Counted from the stretch's first letter, positions 10,073-21,629 are shown. The stretch: 64,000 nucleotides of DNA from Candidatus Methanophagales archaeon (GCA_024699715.1 JANPRD010000002.1:219372-283371); one strand, 5' to 3'. Notes: generated by a model from the sequence alone, not told the origin. Program-made: numbers and translations.

Positions 10073-11970
10073 ATGGACTACGAGAGAATTGGACTTAAGG
10101 TGGGATTGGAAATACACCAGCAGTTGAACACGAGACGAAAGCTGTTCTGCGGATGCCCGACGGTGCTTCGTGAGAAAGAAGATGCGACGCTCACATTCAA
10201 ACGCTTCTTGAGGGTTGCGAGGAGCGAGTTAGGTGAAGTGGACGAGGCAGCGTTAGAGGAAGAGAAGAAGCAACGCACATTCATTTACAAGGCTTACGAC
10301 AGCACTTGCCTCGTTGAAAATGACGAGGAGCCGCCGAGCGAGCTGAACGAAGAGGCGTTGGATATTGCCCTTGAGATTGCACTTCTTCTGCACATGAAGC
10401 CCGTTGAGGAGGTTCACACGATGCGGAAGATTGTGATTGACGGAAGCAACACGAGCGGATTTCAGCGGACTGCACTCGTTGCGACTGACGGTTGGATTGA
10501 AAGCGAAGAAGGCATCGTAGGCATAGAAACGCTTTGTCTTGAGGAGGAAGCCGCTCAAAAGATTGAAGAGGGGGAAGACGCTGTTGTTTACTCTTTGGAC
10601 AGGCTCGGAATTCCTCTCGTTGAGATAAGCACCGCTCCTGACATCAAAACGCCGAAGCAGGCGAGGAAGATTGCCGAAAAAATAGGCATGATTCTCCGCT
10701 CAACTGGAAAAGTTAAGCGTGGAATAGGCACTATCAGGCAAGATTTGAACATTTCCATAAAAGATGGTGCGAGGGTAGAGATAAAAGGCGTTCAAGATTT
10801 GAGGTTAATAGAGAAAATAGTTGAGAATGAGGTCAAGAGGCAGTTGAAATTGCTTGAAATAAGGGATGAGTTGAGGCGAAGAGGTGCGAGAGTTGAGAGG
10901 CGTGTTTTGGACCTCTCTGATATTTTTGCAGAGACCCGCTCAAGGGTGGTGAAGAAGCAAGGAAAGGTCTTCGGGGCGTGTTTGCGGGGCTTCGGCGGTA
11001 TTCTCGGCATTGAAATTTCTCCAGAGCGAAGGTTCGGCTCCGAGCTTGCGGACCACGCAAAACGCTTCGGTGTCGGGCTGATGCACACTGACGAGTTGCC
11101 CGCTTACGGAATAAGCGAGGAGAGAGGTGCGAAAGGGTGAAAGAGGCGTTCAACGCCACAGCGGAGGACTGCGTCATTTTGATAGCGAGTGCATCGCAGG
11201 AGAGGGCGGAGAAGGCATTTTCAGCGGTCTTCGCTCGGGCGGAGAAGGCGTTGGAAGGCGTTCCGGAGGAGACGAGGCGTGCGCTCCCTAACGGAAGCAC
11301 GGCTTACTTGCGACCTTTGCCCGGCGCCGCTCGGATGTATCCAGAGACGGATGTTCCGCCTGTTGAAGTGAGCGAAGAAAGGGTGAAGCGGATTGCGAGC
11401 AGCCTTCCCGAGACGATTGAGCAGAAGGAGGAGCGATTTAGGAAGGAATACGGGCTGAGCGGTGAGCTTGCTGCGAAAGTTGCACGCACTTATCCTGAAG
11501 TTTTTGAGCGATTAGTGAATGTTTGCGCTCGCAAAGGGTGGAAAGTGCAACCGAAATTAATTGCAACGCTGCTAACTGACACGCTTACCGAGCTTTCTCG
11601 TGAAGGTTTTGAGATAGATGCGGAGTCTTTTGATTTTGAAGGGATTTTCCGCCTTCTTTCGGAGAATGCCTTCGGTAAGGAAGCGATTCCCGAAATATTG
11701 AAGTTTTTGGCGTCTCACGAGGGTGCGAGTGTGGAGGATGCGGTGGAAGCCCTCGGACTCCGAGCTTCGCTGGATGAAGTTGAGCGTTTCATTGAGAATG
11801 TTGTTCGTGAGCGTGAGGATTTTGTGCGAGAGCGTGGTATTTCAGCAGTCGGACCTCTAATGGGCGTCGTGATGAAAGATTTGCGAGGCAAGGTTGACGG
11901 AAAGGTTGTGAGCGAGATGCTGAAGGCGAAGATTGAAGCGTTCTTGCGAGGAAGCGAAGGCAAAAAATGA
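10073..11970 (+). CDS. gatE: Glu-tRNA(Gln) amidotransferase subunit E; one frameshift at about 11120-11140
   Basis: ORF 10073..11140 starts [31 protein letters not shown] 11137..11970 supplies the C-terminal half. Combined length about 630 aa matches GatE. Confidence 0.85.
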
Positions 11971-12569
11971 GGGGGAGAAGAGGCGTGAGTGAGGAAAGAG
12001 TGAAGGAGGCAGCAGAAGAGAGCAAGGCATCAGTGGCGGAAGAAAAGACAGTTCGCAGTGAGACGATTTACGAGGGTCGTCTTTTAAAAATTCGTCTTGA
12101 GGATGTTGCTCTGCCTGACGGTCGTCGCAAAAAGCGGGAAATTGTCGTTCATCCGGGGGCATCGGCAGTTTTAGCGCTAAGACGCAAGCAGAGTGGCGAA
12201 GAAATTCTCTTTGTTGAGCAGTTCAGGAAGGCGGTTCAGCGTTCAACGCTTGAAATCCCCGCTGGGACGCTTGAAGCGGGAGAGACGCCAGAGTCTTGTG
12301 CAAGGCGAGAACTCTTGGAGGAGACAGGCTACTCCGCAGAGAGATTTGAGAAACTGCTCTCTTTCTTTCCTTCGCCTGGATACAGCACAGAAGTAATTCA
12401 CATATTCAAAGCGGAAGGATTGCGTAAAGTTGAGGAGAGGAGCGAGCTGAAAGTGAGATTTTTAACGCTTGAAGACGCAATTTCACGCATAAAAAGAGGA
12501 GAAATAATGGATGGGAAGACGATTATTGCTTTAATGCTTCTTCAGATTGAAACTGCAAGCGGAAAATGA
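11967..12569 (+). CDS. NUDIX hydrolase (ADP-ribose pyrophosphatase-like)
   Basis: Nudix box GTLEAGETPESCARRELLEETG. ATGA overlap with the gatE stop. Confidence 0.8.
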   Translation: MRGRRGVSEERVKEAAEESKASVAEEKTVRSETIYEGRLLKIRLEDVALPDGRRKKREIVVHPGASAVLALRRKQSGEEILFVEQFRKAVQRSTLEIPAGTLEAGETPESCARRELLEETGYSAERFEKLLSFFPSPGYSTEVIHIFKAEGLRKVEERSELKVRFLTLEDAISRIKRGEIMDGKTIIALMLLQIETASGK

Positions 12570-12590
12570 AAAAGGAAAAGGGGAGAATAG

Positions 12591-13654
<1,064 letters not shown>

Positions 13655-13708
13655 TGTCTGATTTCCAACTGATAGTCTTATATATACTCAAATTATATTA
13701 TCAAATGT

Positions 13709-14275
13709 ATGAATGCGGGAGAGGTAATGAGGGCGCTGAGAATATCTCGGAGCCACGCTGCACAGATATGCGAAGGAAGGCTTAATAAGGAGGAGGAAGC
13801 TCGGAAAGCGTTATGATTATCTTGATGAAGATGTCTTCAGGCTTTTGAATCGAGGTCTTGAACGCAAGACATACATCTATGCGAGAGTTCCCACGCCGAA
13901 GCAGAAGAAGGCTCTTGAAAAGCAAATAGAGATGCTTAAAGCATGGGCTTTTGCGAACGGTCATCAGATAAGCGGCATCTTTGCAGACATAGCATCAGGA
14001 ATTAACTTCGACGACAGGAAAGAGTTCTTCAAGCTTCTTGACGAATGGACTACAAGGTAGATAAAGTGCTCATTGCACATAAAGACAGGCTGAGCAGAGT
14101 TGGCTTCTCATTCTTTGAGAGACTCTTCAAGCGTTTCGGAACTGAAATTGTCGTGGTCTCAGAGGTCGGAAATAAGAAATTAGATGCTGAGGAGGTTTTT
14201 GAATAGTTTCTTTGTTGCATTGCTTCTCGATGATTTACAGCAAGAGAAAGATGAGGGGGCTGGAGGTGAGTTTGG
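13709..14275 (+). pseudogene. tnpA: IS607-type TnpA (MerR-like HTH + serine recombinase), about 3 frameshifts
   Basis: Fragments: MNAGEVMRALRISRSHAAQ / YAKEGLIRRRKLGKRYDYLDEDVFRLLN..TYIYARVPTPKQKKALEKQ / DKVLIAHKDRLSRVGFSFFERLF..EIVVV / IVSLLHCFSMIYSKRKMRG, in different frames. Confidence 0.65.
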
Positions 14276-15491
14276 TTGAAAGTTCTAAGGACCGAACAAA
14301 TATGGATAAATGGTGATGAGAATATTCAAAAACTCTGTCATATATCCAAGAACTTATACAACGAGGCGAATTACATTGTTAGACAAGAGTTTTTCAAAAC
14401 GAAGAGATGGATAAGATACAGCAAGTTAGATAAACGATTGAAGAAGAGCGAGAATTACAGAGCACTTCCAGCTCAGACAGCTCAGCAGATTTTGAGAGCT
14501 TTGGAGAGAAACTGGAAATCATTTTTTCAATGCGATGAAAGAGTGGAGGGAACATCCTGAGAAGTTCAAAGAGAGACCGAGACCACCGAAATATAAGAAG
14601 AAGGACGGCGTCTTTCATGCTCATCTTCACAAATCAACAAGTCAAAGTCAAAGAAGGAGAGCTGATTTTCCCAAAAGTCGTTGGCTTAAAGCTCAAGACA
14701 AGGATAAAGGAAGGAATAAAGGAGGTCAAAATCATCCCAAAAGGTGTAGGTTATGTTGTTGAGATTGTGTATGAGAAGGAAATAGACACCATAGAAAGAG
14801 ATAAAAGCAGAGTCGCGGGCATAGATTTAGGGGTTCGCAACCTCGTAACCATCGCAAACAACATCGGCGAAGAGCCGATTGTTGTTAAGGGCGGGGTTGC
14901 GAAGACCATAAATCAGTTTTTCAATAAGAAAAAAGCAAGATTACAGAGCACATACAGCAAGCAAGGCGTCACGACAAGCAAGAGAATGAAGAGATTATCG
15001 GTGAAGAGGGAGAGGAAGCTCATGAGATTTCTTCCACAAAGTCAGCAAGTTTGTGGCGGAGTGGTGTGCGAAGCGCAACATCGGGAGATTAGTGATCGGT
15101 TATAACAAGGAGTGGAAGCAAGAGGCGAACTTAGGTAAAAGGAATAACCAGAATTTCGTGCAAATCCCTTTCTTGATGTTAATTCAGCAAATAAAATACA
15201 AAGCAGAAGAAAGAGGGATAGAAGTGCTCCTCGTGGAGGAAGACCACACATCAAAGTGCAGTTTCTTAGATAACGAGCCAGTTAGAGCATAGAGATGAAT
15301 ACGCAGGGAGAAGGATGAGGGGGCTGTTCAAGAGTGCGCGAGGAACAATCATAAATGCGGATGTGAACGCCGCATATAACATCATAAGGAAAGCAATCCC
15401 GAAAGCCTTTGAGGCGGACGGGATAGAGGGTGTGGGGTTGCACCCCGTGCGATGGATGAAAGATGAAATCGCACAAAGCATTTTGGGCTGA
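14276..15491 (+). pseudogene. tnpB: TnpB (RuvC-like, IS605 OrfB family), at least 4 frameshifts
   Basis: ORFs 14276..14560, 14535..14762, 14617..15105, 15053..15292 and an unlisted tail chain together. RuvC motifs AGIDLGVRNL, EEDHTSKCS and [11 protein letters not shown]. Confidence 0.7.
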
Positions 15492-15501
15492 AAGGCTCAA
15501 A

Positions 15502-16626
15502 ATGCACAACCTGGAAGAGGTAGTGCTTTCGGGTTTTGTTGTTTATGGTGAAGAATTTGAAGTGTTTCGTGGTTATGTTGTCGTTAAAGATGGCGTTATT
15601 CGTGAAATCAGTGCAGATGAAGGGGGCGTGGACGCTGCATTTGAAGGCATTATTTTGCCTGCTTTCGTGAATGCTCACACACATATCGGCGATTCTGTTG
15701 CGAAAGAGCCTCCAGATATGCCACTTGCGGATTTGGTCGGTCCAAGAGGCTTTAAGCACCGTGTTCTTGCGGAGACGCCTGCTGAAGTGCTTGTGGAAGC
15801 GATGCGTGAAACGATTCAAGAAATGTTCCACACAGGCACGCTTGCTTTCGCAGATTTCAGGGAAGGCGGCGTCGCAGGCGTTCTCGCTCTCAAAGAAGCA
15901 GCGAGGCTTGCTGAAGTTCCCGTGCATGCGAAGATTCTCGGCAGACCTCTCGGCGAGGAAGACGCCTCTTCGGTTTTAGATGTCGCAGATGGCGTTGGAA
16001 TGAGCAGTGTCGCAGACCACCCTCGTGAGCTGCTTGAGTTTCTCGCTGAAGAGGCGAGGAAGCGCCGAAAAATATTTGCGATTCACGCAGGTGAGCGAAG
16101 CGAAGAGGATGTGAGCGCTGCTTTGGATTTGCATCCCACATTTGTGGTGCATCTCGTTCATGCATCCCCCGCACATTTAAAGAGAATGCAAGAAGAGGGC
16201 ATTTCCGCTGTTGTATGTGTGCGTTCAAACCTTGTTACTGGCGTTGGCTTGCCTCCTTTGCGTGAAATGCTCAAAAATTCGCTCAATGTTTGCATCGGCA
16301 CAGACAATGTGATGCTCAACTGCGTTGACATGTTTCGTGAAATGGAGTTCGTTTCAAAGATTTTCAGGATTGAAGAGCGAGAGGTCTTGAGAATGAGCAC
16401 GCTGAACCCCGCATCCGTATTCGGTGCTGGTGAATGGGCGGTTGAAGAAGGAAAAAAGGCAAATATGCTTGTTTTGCGATTCTCGCCGAACTTGCGAGGG
16501 CTAAACGAGAGGAATTTGGTGCGGGGAATTGTGCGAAGAGCATCACGAAACGACATCGCTGCGATTCTCTGCGGCGAATCTGTCTCCGTTTTTCCTCATT
16601 CTACACCTTCCACTTATTCGCATTAA
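15502..16626 (+). CDS. Amidohydrolase-family protein (chlorohydrolase/deaminase-like)
   Basis: PAFVNAHTHIGDS metal-binding motif. Start moved to the ATG at 15502 (MHNLEEVV), because upstream codons lie in the IS end. Confidence 0.7.
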   Translation: MHNLEEVVLSGFVVYGEEFEVFRGYVVVKDGVIREISADEGGVDAAFEGIILPAFVNAHTHIGDSVAKEPPDMPLADLVGPRGFKHRVLAETPAEVLVEAMRETIQEMFHTGTLAFADFREGGVAGVLALKEAARLAEVPVHAKILGRPLGEEDASSVLDVADGVGMSSVADHPRELLEFLAEEARKRRKIFAIHAGERSEEDVSAALDLHPTFVVHLVHASPAHLKRMQEEGISAVVCVRSNLVTGVGLPPLREMLKNSLNVCIGTDNVMLNCVDMFREMEFVSKIFRIEEREVLRMSTLNPASVFGAGEWAVEEGKKANMLVLRFSPNLRGLNERNLVRGIVRRASRNDIAAILCGESVSVFPHSTPSTYSH

Positions 16627-17190
16627 ATCATTTGCAAGCTTCAATTCCGCTTTCGTATTCACATTTACACCCAATAGAGCGTCCTCAAACACTAAAACGG
16701 ATCCTTCATCTTCGTCTTTGGAAACGACATTCAAACCGAAAGCCACATACTTCTTCGCAGAGAGCTCAAAAATGTGGCTCGGCGAGAAGCCCTTCGGAAG
16801 CAAGCTCAAAGGCACAACGCCTGTAATGCTCTTCTTCGTGCGTTTGTAAGCGTCAATTAATGCATTCACATGCTCGCTCCTCAAAAATGGAATGTCGCAA
16901 GAAACCGAAATGAATGCGGGCTGCCCAATGCGTTGCTGAATGAAGCGTAGGTCTTCGTGGTAGCCCCTTCCGGGCGTTTCAATAATTTCGTAACGCTTGC
17001 GCATGCAATACGCCTTCGTCTTCGGTGCATTCTTCTCGCTCGTCGCAACAACAAAATTTATTGTGCCTCTTAACGCATCTATGACCCACTCAATCATCTT
17101 CTTACCGCAGATTTCAGCAAGCGCCTTCTCAAATCCCATTCTGCTGCTCTTTCCACCTGCGAGCAATACCGCCGTTTTCAGCACTTTCAT
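16543..17190 (-). CDS. cobY: Adenosylcobinamide-phosphate guanylyltransferase-like NTP transferase (archaeal CobY/MobA-like)
   Basis: LLAGGKSSRMG, ATSEKNAPKTKAY, GRGYHEDL and VSCDIPFL resemble archaeal CobY as recalled. Confidence 0.6.
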   Translation of the reverse strand: MKVLKTAVLLAGGKSSRMGFEKALAEICGKKMIEWVIDALRGTINFVVATSEKNAPKTKAYCMRKRYEIIETPGRGYHEDLRFIQQRIGQPAFISVSCDIPFLRSEHVNALIDAYKRTKKSITGVVPLSLLPKGFSPSHIFELSAKKYVAFGLNVVSKDEDEGSVLVFEDALLGVNVNTKAELKLANDLMRISGRCRMRKNGDRFAAENRSDVVS

Positions 17191-17283
17191 TAAAATTACA
17201 TTATTCTCACATGCCTCCCTTCACACAGCTCGCAGGTCTCTTAAGCGGAAAGTTTTTTTCAGCTGAGGACAAAACAGTGGAGA

Positions 17284-18432
17284 ATGGACAAGAAGACTTT
17301 GAGTCTTTTCCCTTTCACTCGTGAAGCGTCGTTGAATGTGCAGTCGCTTGGCGTCAGCCTTGACGCACTCGTTGAAGATGATGCGTTTGAGCGGGCTCGC
17401 ATTCGTGGTAAGGAGCGGGTGATTGAGGCGATTGAGCGAGGAGAAGTGAGCAAGCCCCTCATTTTTTCGGATTTGCATGCGGAGATTGAGTTGCTTTCTT
17501 ACCCTTTTGCGAGGATTCTTGTGAGTTGCATCGGCGATTCCGCTCTCATTGAAAGGTTTGCACTTGCGGAGGCAAAAGGGAGCTACGAGAAGCTTAAGAG
17601 GCTCTCATCCTCAAAGGACGACTTCGCTCTCGCACTCGCAGAGGACTTCTCGCTGAATGTCTCTCCTGCGGAGGAGTCGGCGTCGGCGACGAGAAGGACA
17701 GGGGCGTTGGCGGGGCAGTTTAAAATGCATTTCACGGATTTTTTGAGGCTCTCTGCGGGATTGAGCGGATTGCGTTGGAAGCTCGTGAATCGTGATTTGC
17801 GAGACGGATTCGTGCTTTTGAACAGAAGCGAGTTCTTAAGGCTCTTGCAGTCCGCTTTCTACATGAAGGTGAGGGAGCGTTTGCCTTTGGAAGTGCCTGC
17901 GGGCATCCGTCACGCAGTAATGAAATACACGGAAGAAATAAAGCGTGTGTGGGAGCGGGTGAAAAGCGAGGCTTTCAAGCGAGGCTCATGTGGCGGCGAG
18001 GACATGAAAGGCATAATGGATGTTTCATGCTTTCCGCCATGCATTTCACGCATTTTGAGCGGTTTGCTCGCAGGAGAGAACATATCGCATGCTGGAAGGT
18101 TCGCACTGACCGCATTCTTGCTGAACATCGGCATGAAGCCCGAGGAAGTGATGCAACTCTACAAAAACGCACCTGACTTCAACGCATCTCGCACGAAATA
18201 TCAGGTGGAGCATATCGCAGGCTCAAAAGGCACAAAATACATTTCGCCGAGCTGCGACACGCTCCGCACTTACGGTCTCTGCGTCAAAGAGGAAGATGAA
18301 ATTTGCAAAGAAGTCTCGCATCCGCTGAAATATTATGCGAGGAAACTGCATCTGAAGAAGCGTGTGAGAGCGAAGGAAAAAGAGGGACAAGGAAAGCGGG
18401 AAGAGAGGCTCTCCTCAGGAGTGAGGAAGTGA
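17284..18432 (+). CDS. priL: DNA primase large subunit
   Basis: CFPPCI..., GRFALTAFLLNIGM, YQVEHIAG and SPSCDTLRTYGLC (Fe-S cluster cysteines) are typical of archaeal PriL. Confidence 0.8.
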   Translation: MDKKTLSLFPFTREASLNVQSLGVSLDALVEDDAFERARIRGKERVIEAIERGEVSKPLIFSDLHAEIELLSYPFARILVSCIGDSALIERFALAEAKGSYEKLKRLSSSKDDFALALAEDFSLNVSPAEESASATRRTGALAGQFKMHFTDFLRLSAGLSGLRWKLVNRDLRDGFVLLNRSEFLRLLQSAFYMKVRERLPLEVPAGIRHAVMKYTEEIKRVWERVKSEAFKRGSCGGEDMKGIMDVSCFPPCISRILSGLLAGENISHAGRFALTAFLLNIGMKPEEVMQLYKNAPDFNASRTKYQVEHIAGSKGTKYISPSCDTLRTYGLCVKEEDEICKEVSHPLKYYARKLHLKKRVRAKEKEGQGKREERLSSGVRK

Positions 18433-18454
18433 AAAAAGCGTGGTGGTAGCGGTG

Positions 18455-19401
18455 ATGGTGGAGCGTGAAGAGAGAGAAGCGAGGGACGAGCAGCAGATTA
18501 GCGGATTGAGCGGATTGAGCGTCTGAAGCGGAAGAAGAAAGCGATTATTCTCGCCCACAACTACCAGCGTGCGGAAGTGCAAGAAATAGCGGACTTCGTC
18601 GGAGATTCGTTAGAGCTTGCTCGTGCAGCCTCTGAGGTGGATGCGGATGTTTTGGTGTTCTGCGGTGTTGATTTCATGGCGGAGACAGCAAGCATTTTGA
18701 ATCCAGAGAAGAAGGTGCTGATTCCTGACGAAGGTGCAAGATGCCCGATGGCGTGGTTTCTTGATGCGAAGACGCTTGAAAATGCGAAGAAGGAGCATCC
18801 TGATGCTGAAGTCGTGCTTTATGTCAATACAATGGCGGAAGCAAAGGCTCTCGCAGACTGCATATGCACATCCGCAAACGCTCCAGAGGTCGTAAATGCG
18901 ATGTCCTCGCAGAAAATTATATTCGGACCTGACAAGAACCTCGCATATTTCGTGCAAAAGCGAAGCGAGAAGGAGATAATTGTCGTTCCCGAAGGGGGTC
19001 TTTGCCCAACGCACCACCAAATATCGCTTGAAGACCTCTCGGCGGCGAAAGCGAGGCATCCGAATGCTGAAGTCGTTGTGCATCCTGAATGCATTCCGGA
19101 GGTTCAAGAGCATGCGGATTTCATCGCCTCAACGAGCGGGATGCTGCGATACTGCAAGGAATCGCAATCGCAAGCGTTCCTCATCGGCACTGAAATCGGG
19201 CTTCTGCACAGACTACGCAAAGAAATCCCGAAGCAGTTTTTCCCCGTCTCAAAGCATGCTGTCTGCCCGCAGATGAAAATGCACACGCTTCGCAAGATTG
19301 AGGCTGCGCTGGAGCGAGAGAAGCCCGTTGTAAGCGTTCCTAATGAAATCGCTGCGAAAGCGAGAGAGGCAATAGAAAGAATGCTTAAACTTAACAAATA
19401 G
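18455..19401 (+). CDS. nadA: Quinolinate synthase; 5' end out of frame (shift near 18490-18502)
   Basis: The main frame is open only from 18502 (RIERIERLKRKKKAIILAHNYQRAEVQEIADFVGDSLELAR) and has no start codon before the AHNYQ motif. ATG 18455 (MVEREEREARDEQQ) is in another frame. Confidence 0.8.
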
Positions 19402-19541
19402 CCACTTCGCCTCTTTCTTCCGGATGTTTTTCTTAATTTTTCATCCAAACGAATTTGACGCAAGGACGCAGCAGGGCTGGAGGAAAAGCAGAGAGGAAAA
19501 AGAGAAAAGATTTTAAACGGGGGAGCGAGTTTTCCTTTGAG

Positions 19542-20460
19542 GTGAGCGAATTGAAGGAGTTAGAAGGTGTGGAGATAGAGGACACATTTGCGGAGGCGTT
19601 TCCGATAAAGGTTGCTCGTGTGCTGATAACTGCGGTGAATGAGAAGTGGGCGTTGAACGCTGCGAAGGAGGCGACAGGCTTCGGCACTTCCGTGATTATG
19701 TGTCCTGTTGAGGCGGGTATTGAGCGGACGGCATCTCCAGAAGAGACACCTGACGGCAGACCTGGCGTTTTCGTGCTTTTCTGCGCCCCCAGCTACAAGA
19801 CGCTTGAAGAACAACTGCTCGCTCGCTTGGGTCAGTGCGTTCTAACCGCTCCAACCGCAGCGGCTTTCAATGCGTTAAGCGAGGAGGAGAGCGTTAAAAC
19901 TTTCAACACGGGTTTCAAACTGAAATTCTTCGGCGATGGCTTTGAGAAAGTTGGCGAACTTTACGGCAGAAAAGTCTCAATTATTCCTATAATGGGCGGT
20001 GAATTCATCGTGGAGCAGAATTTCGGTGCTAAAGAGGGCGTAGCAGGTGGAAACTTCTTCATTCTTGCGGAGAATCAGGCATCTGCTCTGCTCGCTGCCG
20101 AGAATGCTGTCGCCGAGATTGAGAAAGTTGATGGCGTCATCACGCCATTTCCGGGCGGAATCGTCTCTTCAGGCTCTAAACCCGGCTCTCTGAAATACAA
20201 ATTCATGCACGCAACAACGAACCACAAATTCTGTCCGACGCTGCAGAGGCGTTGTTGAGGACTCTGAGATTCCAGATGGCGTGAATGCGGTGCTTGAAAT
20301 CGTAATTAACGGGTTGAGCGAGGATGCTGTGAAGGAAGCGATGCGAAAAGGCATAAAAGCAGCAGTCAAAGTCAAAGGCGTGAAGAAAATAACCGCTGGA
20401 AACTACGGCGGAACGCTCGGAAAATACCACCTGAAACTGCATGAAATCCTCGGTCTCTAA
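19542..20460 (+). CDS. ftr: Formylmethanofuran--tetrahydromethanopterin N-formyltransferase; +1 frameshift at about 20250-20258
   Basis: GVEIEDTFAEAFPIKVARVLITA... from GTG 19542. After the TGA at 20256 the protein continues in another frame (VEDSEIPDGVNAVLEIVINGL...GKYHLKLHEILGL-stop at 20460). Confidence 0.85.
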
Positions 20461-20575
20461 CTAACCCCTCTTCCCTTCCTCTTTTTTGCTACTCTTTTCC
20501 TTCTTGGGAGCGTGCCGTGTTGCTCGGCGCATGTGGGCGGTAAGACAGGGAGGCGTGAGTGTTAGAGGAGTAAGG

Positions 20576-20585
20576 CTTTAATTTT
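20576..20585 (+). promoter_or_regulatory. Putative TATA-like box for tRNA-Arg
   Basis: CTTTAATTTT is centred about 27 nt upstream of the tRNA 5' end. tRNA-Lys has the same geometry. Confidence 0.4.
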
Positions 20586-20607
20586 CAGGAAGCGAAAGTT
20601 AAGAGGA

Positions 20608-20679
20608 GCCCCAGTGTGGTAGTGGATATCCCTTGGGCCTGCGGAGCCCAAGACCTGGGTTCGATTCCCAGCTGGGGCA
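20608..20679 (+). tRNA. tRNA-Arg (anticodon GCG)
   Basis: Hand fold: acceptor GCCCCAG/CTGGGGC, anticodon stem TGGGC/GCCCA with loop CTGCGGA, T arm CTGGG-TTCGATT-CCCAG, discriminator A. The D stem pairs poorly and the length is 72 nt, so an indel in the D arm is possible. Confidence 0.7.
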
Positions 20680-20733
20680 CTCGCCTCGCACACACGCCTC
20701 TTTAAAAAGCTCACGAGCAGCAGCACACGCACC

Positions 20734-21534
20734 TCACACTACAACGCCGAAGAGAGCGGAAAAGTTCTTTCTTATTTGCTCTTTCAGTTCTTCAACGCTG
20801 ATTTTCCGAACTTTCGCGATTTCTTCGTATGCGAATTTCACATTTTGAGGGACATTTCGCTCTTGATTCTCAACAGGTGAGAGGTAAGGAGCATCCGTTT
20901 CAGTGAGCAATTGAGAAATAGGCATTCTTTTTGCGACATTTTTCATCGTTTTGCTCCTCTTTATCGTTGCAGGCAGCGAAATAAAGTAGCCTTCGTCGCA
21001 TATTTCTGAGGCGAGAGCGGGCTTTCCAGTGAAGCAGTGGAAGACTGCCTTTTGAATGTCTTCGTCCTCAATCGCTTTGAGACCCTCTTCAATCGCCTCC
21101 GCACTTGAGCCTGTCGCACCTCGCAAATGCAGAACGACCGGAAGACGCAAATCACGAGCAATCTCAAGAAAACGCAGGAAAACCTCTTTCACCCGCCGTT
21201 GCTTGAGAGGTTCTTTAATCCAATGGTAGTCCAAGCCGACCTCGCCAATACCAATAATCTCACGACGATGCTCGTAAATGAACTCCTCATACCTCTCCAA
21301 TTCAGCACTGCTGAACTCTTCAACATGAATAGGATGCATTCCGAGCGTAACGAACACGAAATCTTTGTGATTTCTCGCAATCTTCAGCGCTTCTTTTGCG
21401 TCAGAAGGCTCAACTCCACTCGTAACTACCGCTCTAAGCTCCTTCTTCGCCCCCTCAATCACGCTCTCCCTGTCCTCCGCATACTGCTTGAACGAGAGAT
21501 GGCAGTGAATATCTATGATATGAACCACCTCCAT
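20734..21534 (-). CDS. TatD-family metal-dependent hydrolase/DNase
   Basis: IIDIHCHLSF at the N-terminus, GEVGLDYH, and LTETDAPYLSP near the C-terminus. Confidence 0.8.
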   Translation of the reverse strand: MEVVHIIDIHCHLSFKQYAEDRESVIEGAKKELRAVVTSGVEPSDAKEALKIARNHKDFVFVTLGMHPIHVEEFSSAELERYEEFIYEHRREIIGIGEVGLDYHWIKEPLKQRRVKEVFLRFLEIARDLRLPVVLHLRGATGSSAEAIEEGLKAIEDEDIQKAVFHCFTGKPALASEICDEGYFISLPATIKRSKTMKNVAKRMPISQLLTETDAPYLSPVENQERNVPQNVKFAYEEIAKVRKISVEELKEQIRKNFSALFGVVV

Positions 21535-21629
21535 TCTTCCTTAAATGCACGCATGCACTTAAATCTTTACGCCGAGCATCCTAATGAAAATGAGGAGGTT
21601 TAATTAAGATGTGACGAATTCTGGCGTGT

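Larger units (their letters stand above)
13690..15491 (+). mobile_element. Decayed IS607-type element (IS200/IS605 superfamily): serine-recombinase tnpA plus tnpB, both multiply frameshifted
   Basis: Starts just after the epimerase stop and ends just before the amidohydrolase start. Contents are given in the two following entries. Boundaries are approximate; no terminal repeats identified. Confidence 0.7.
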
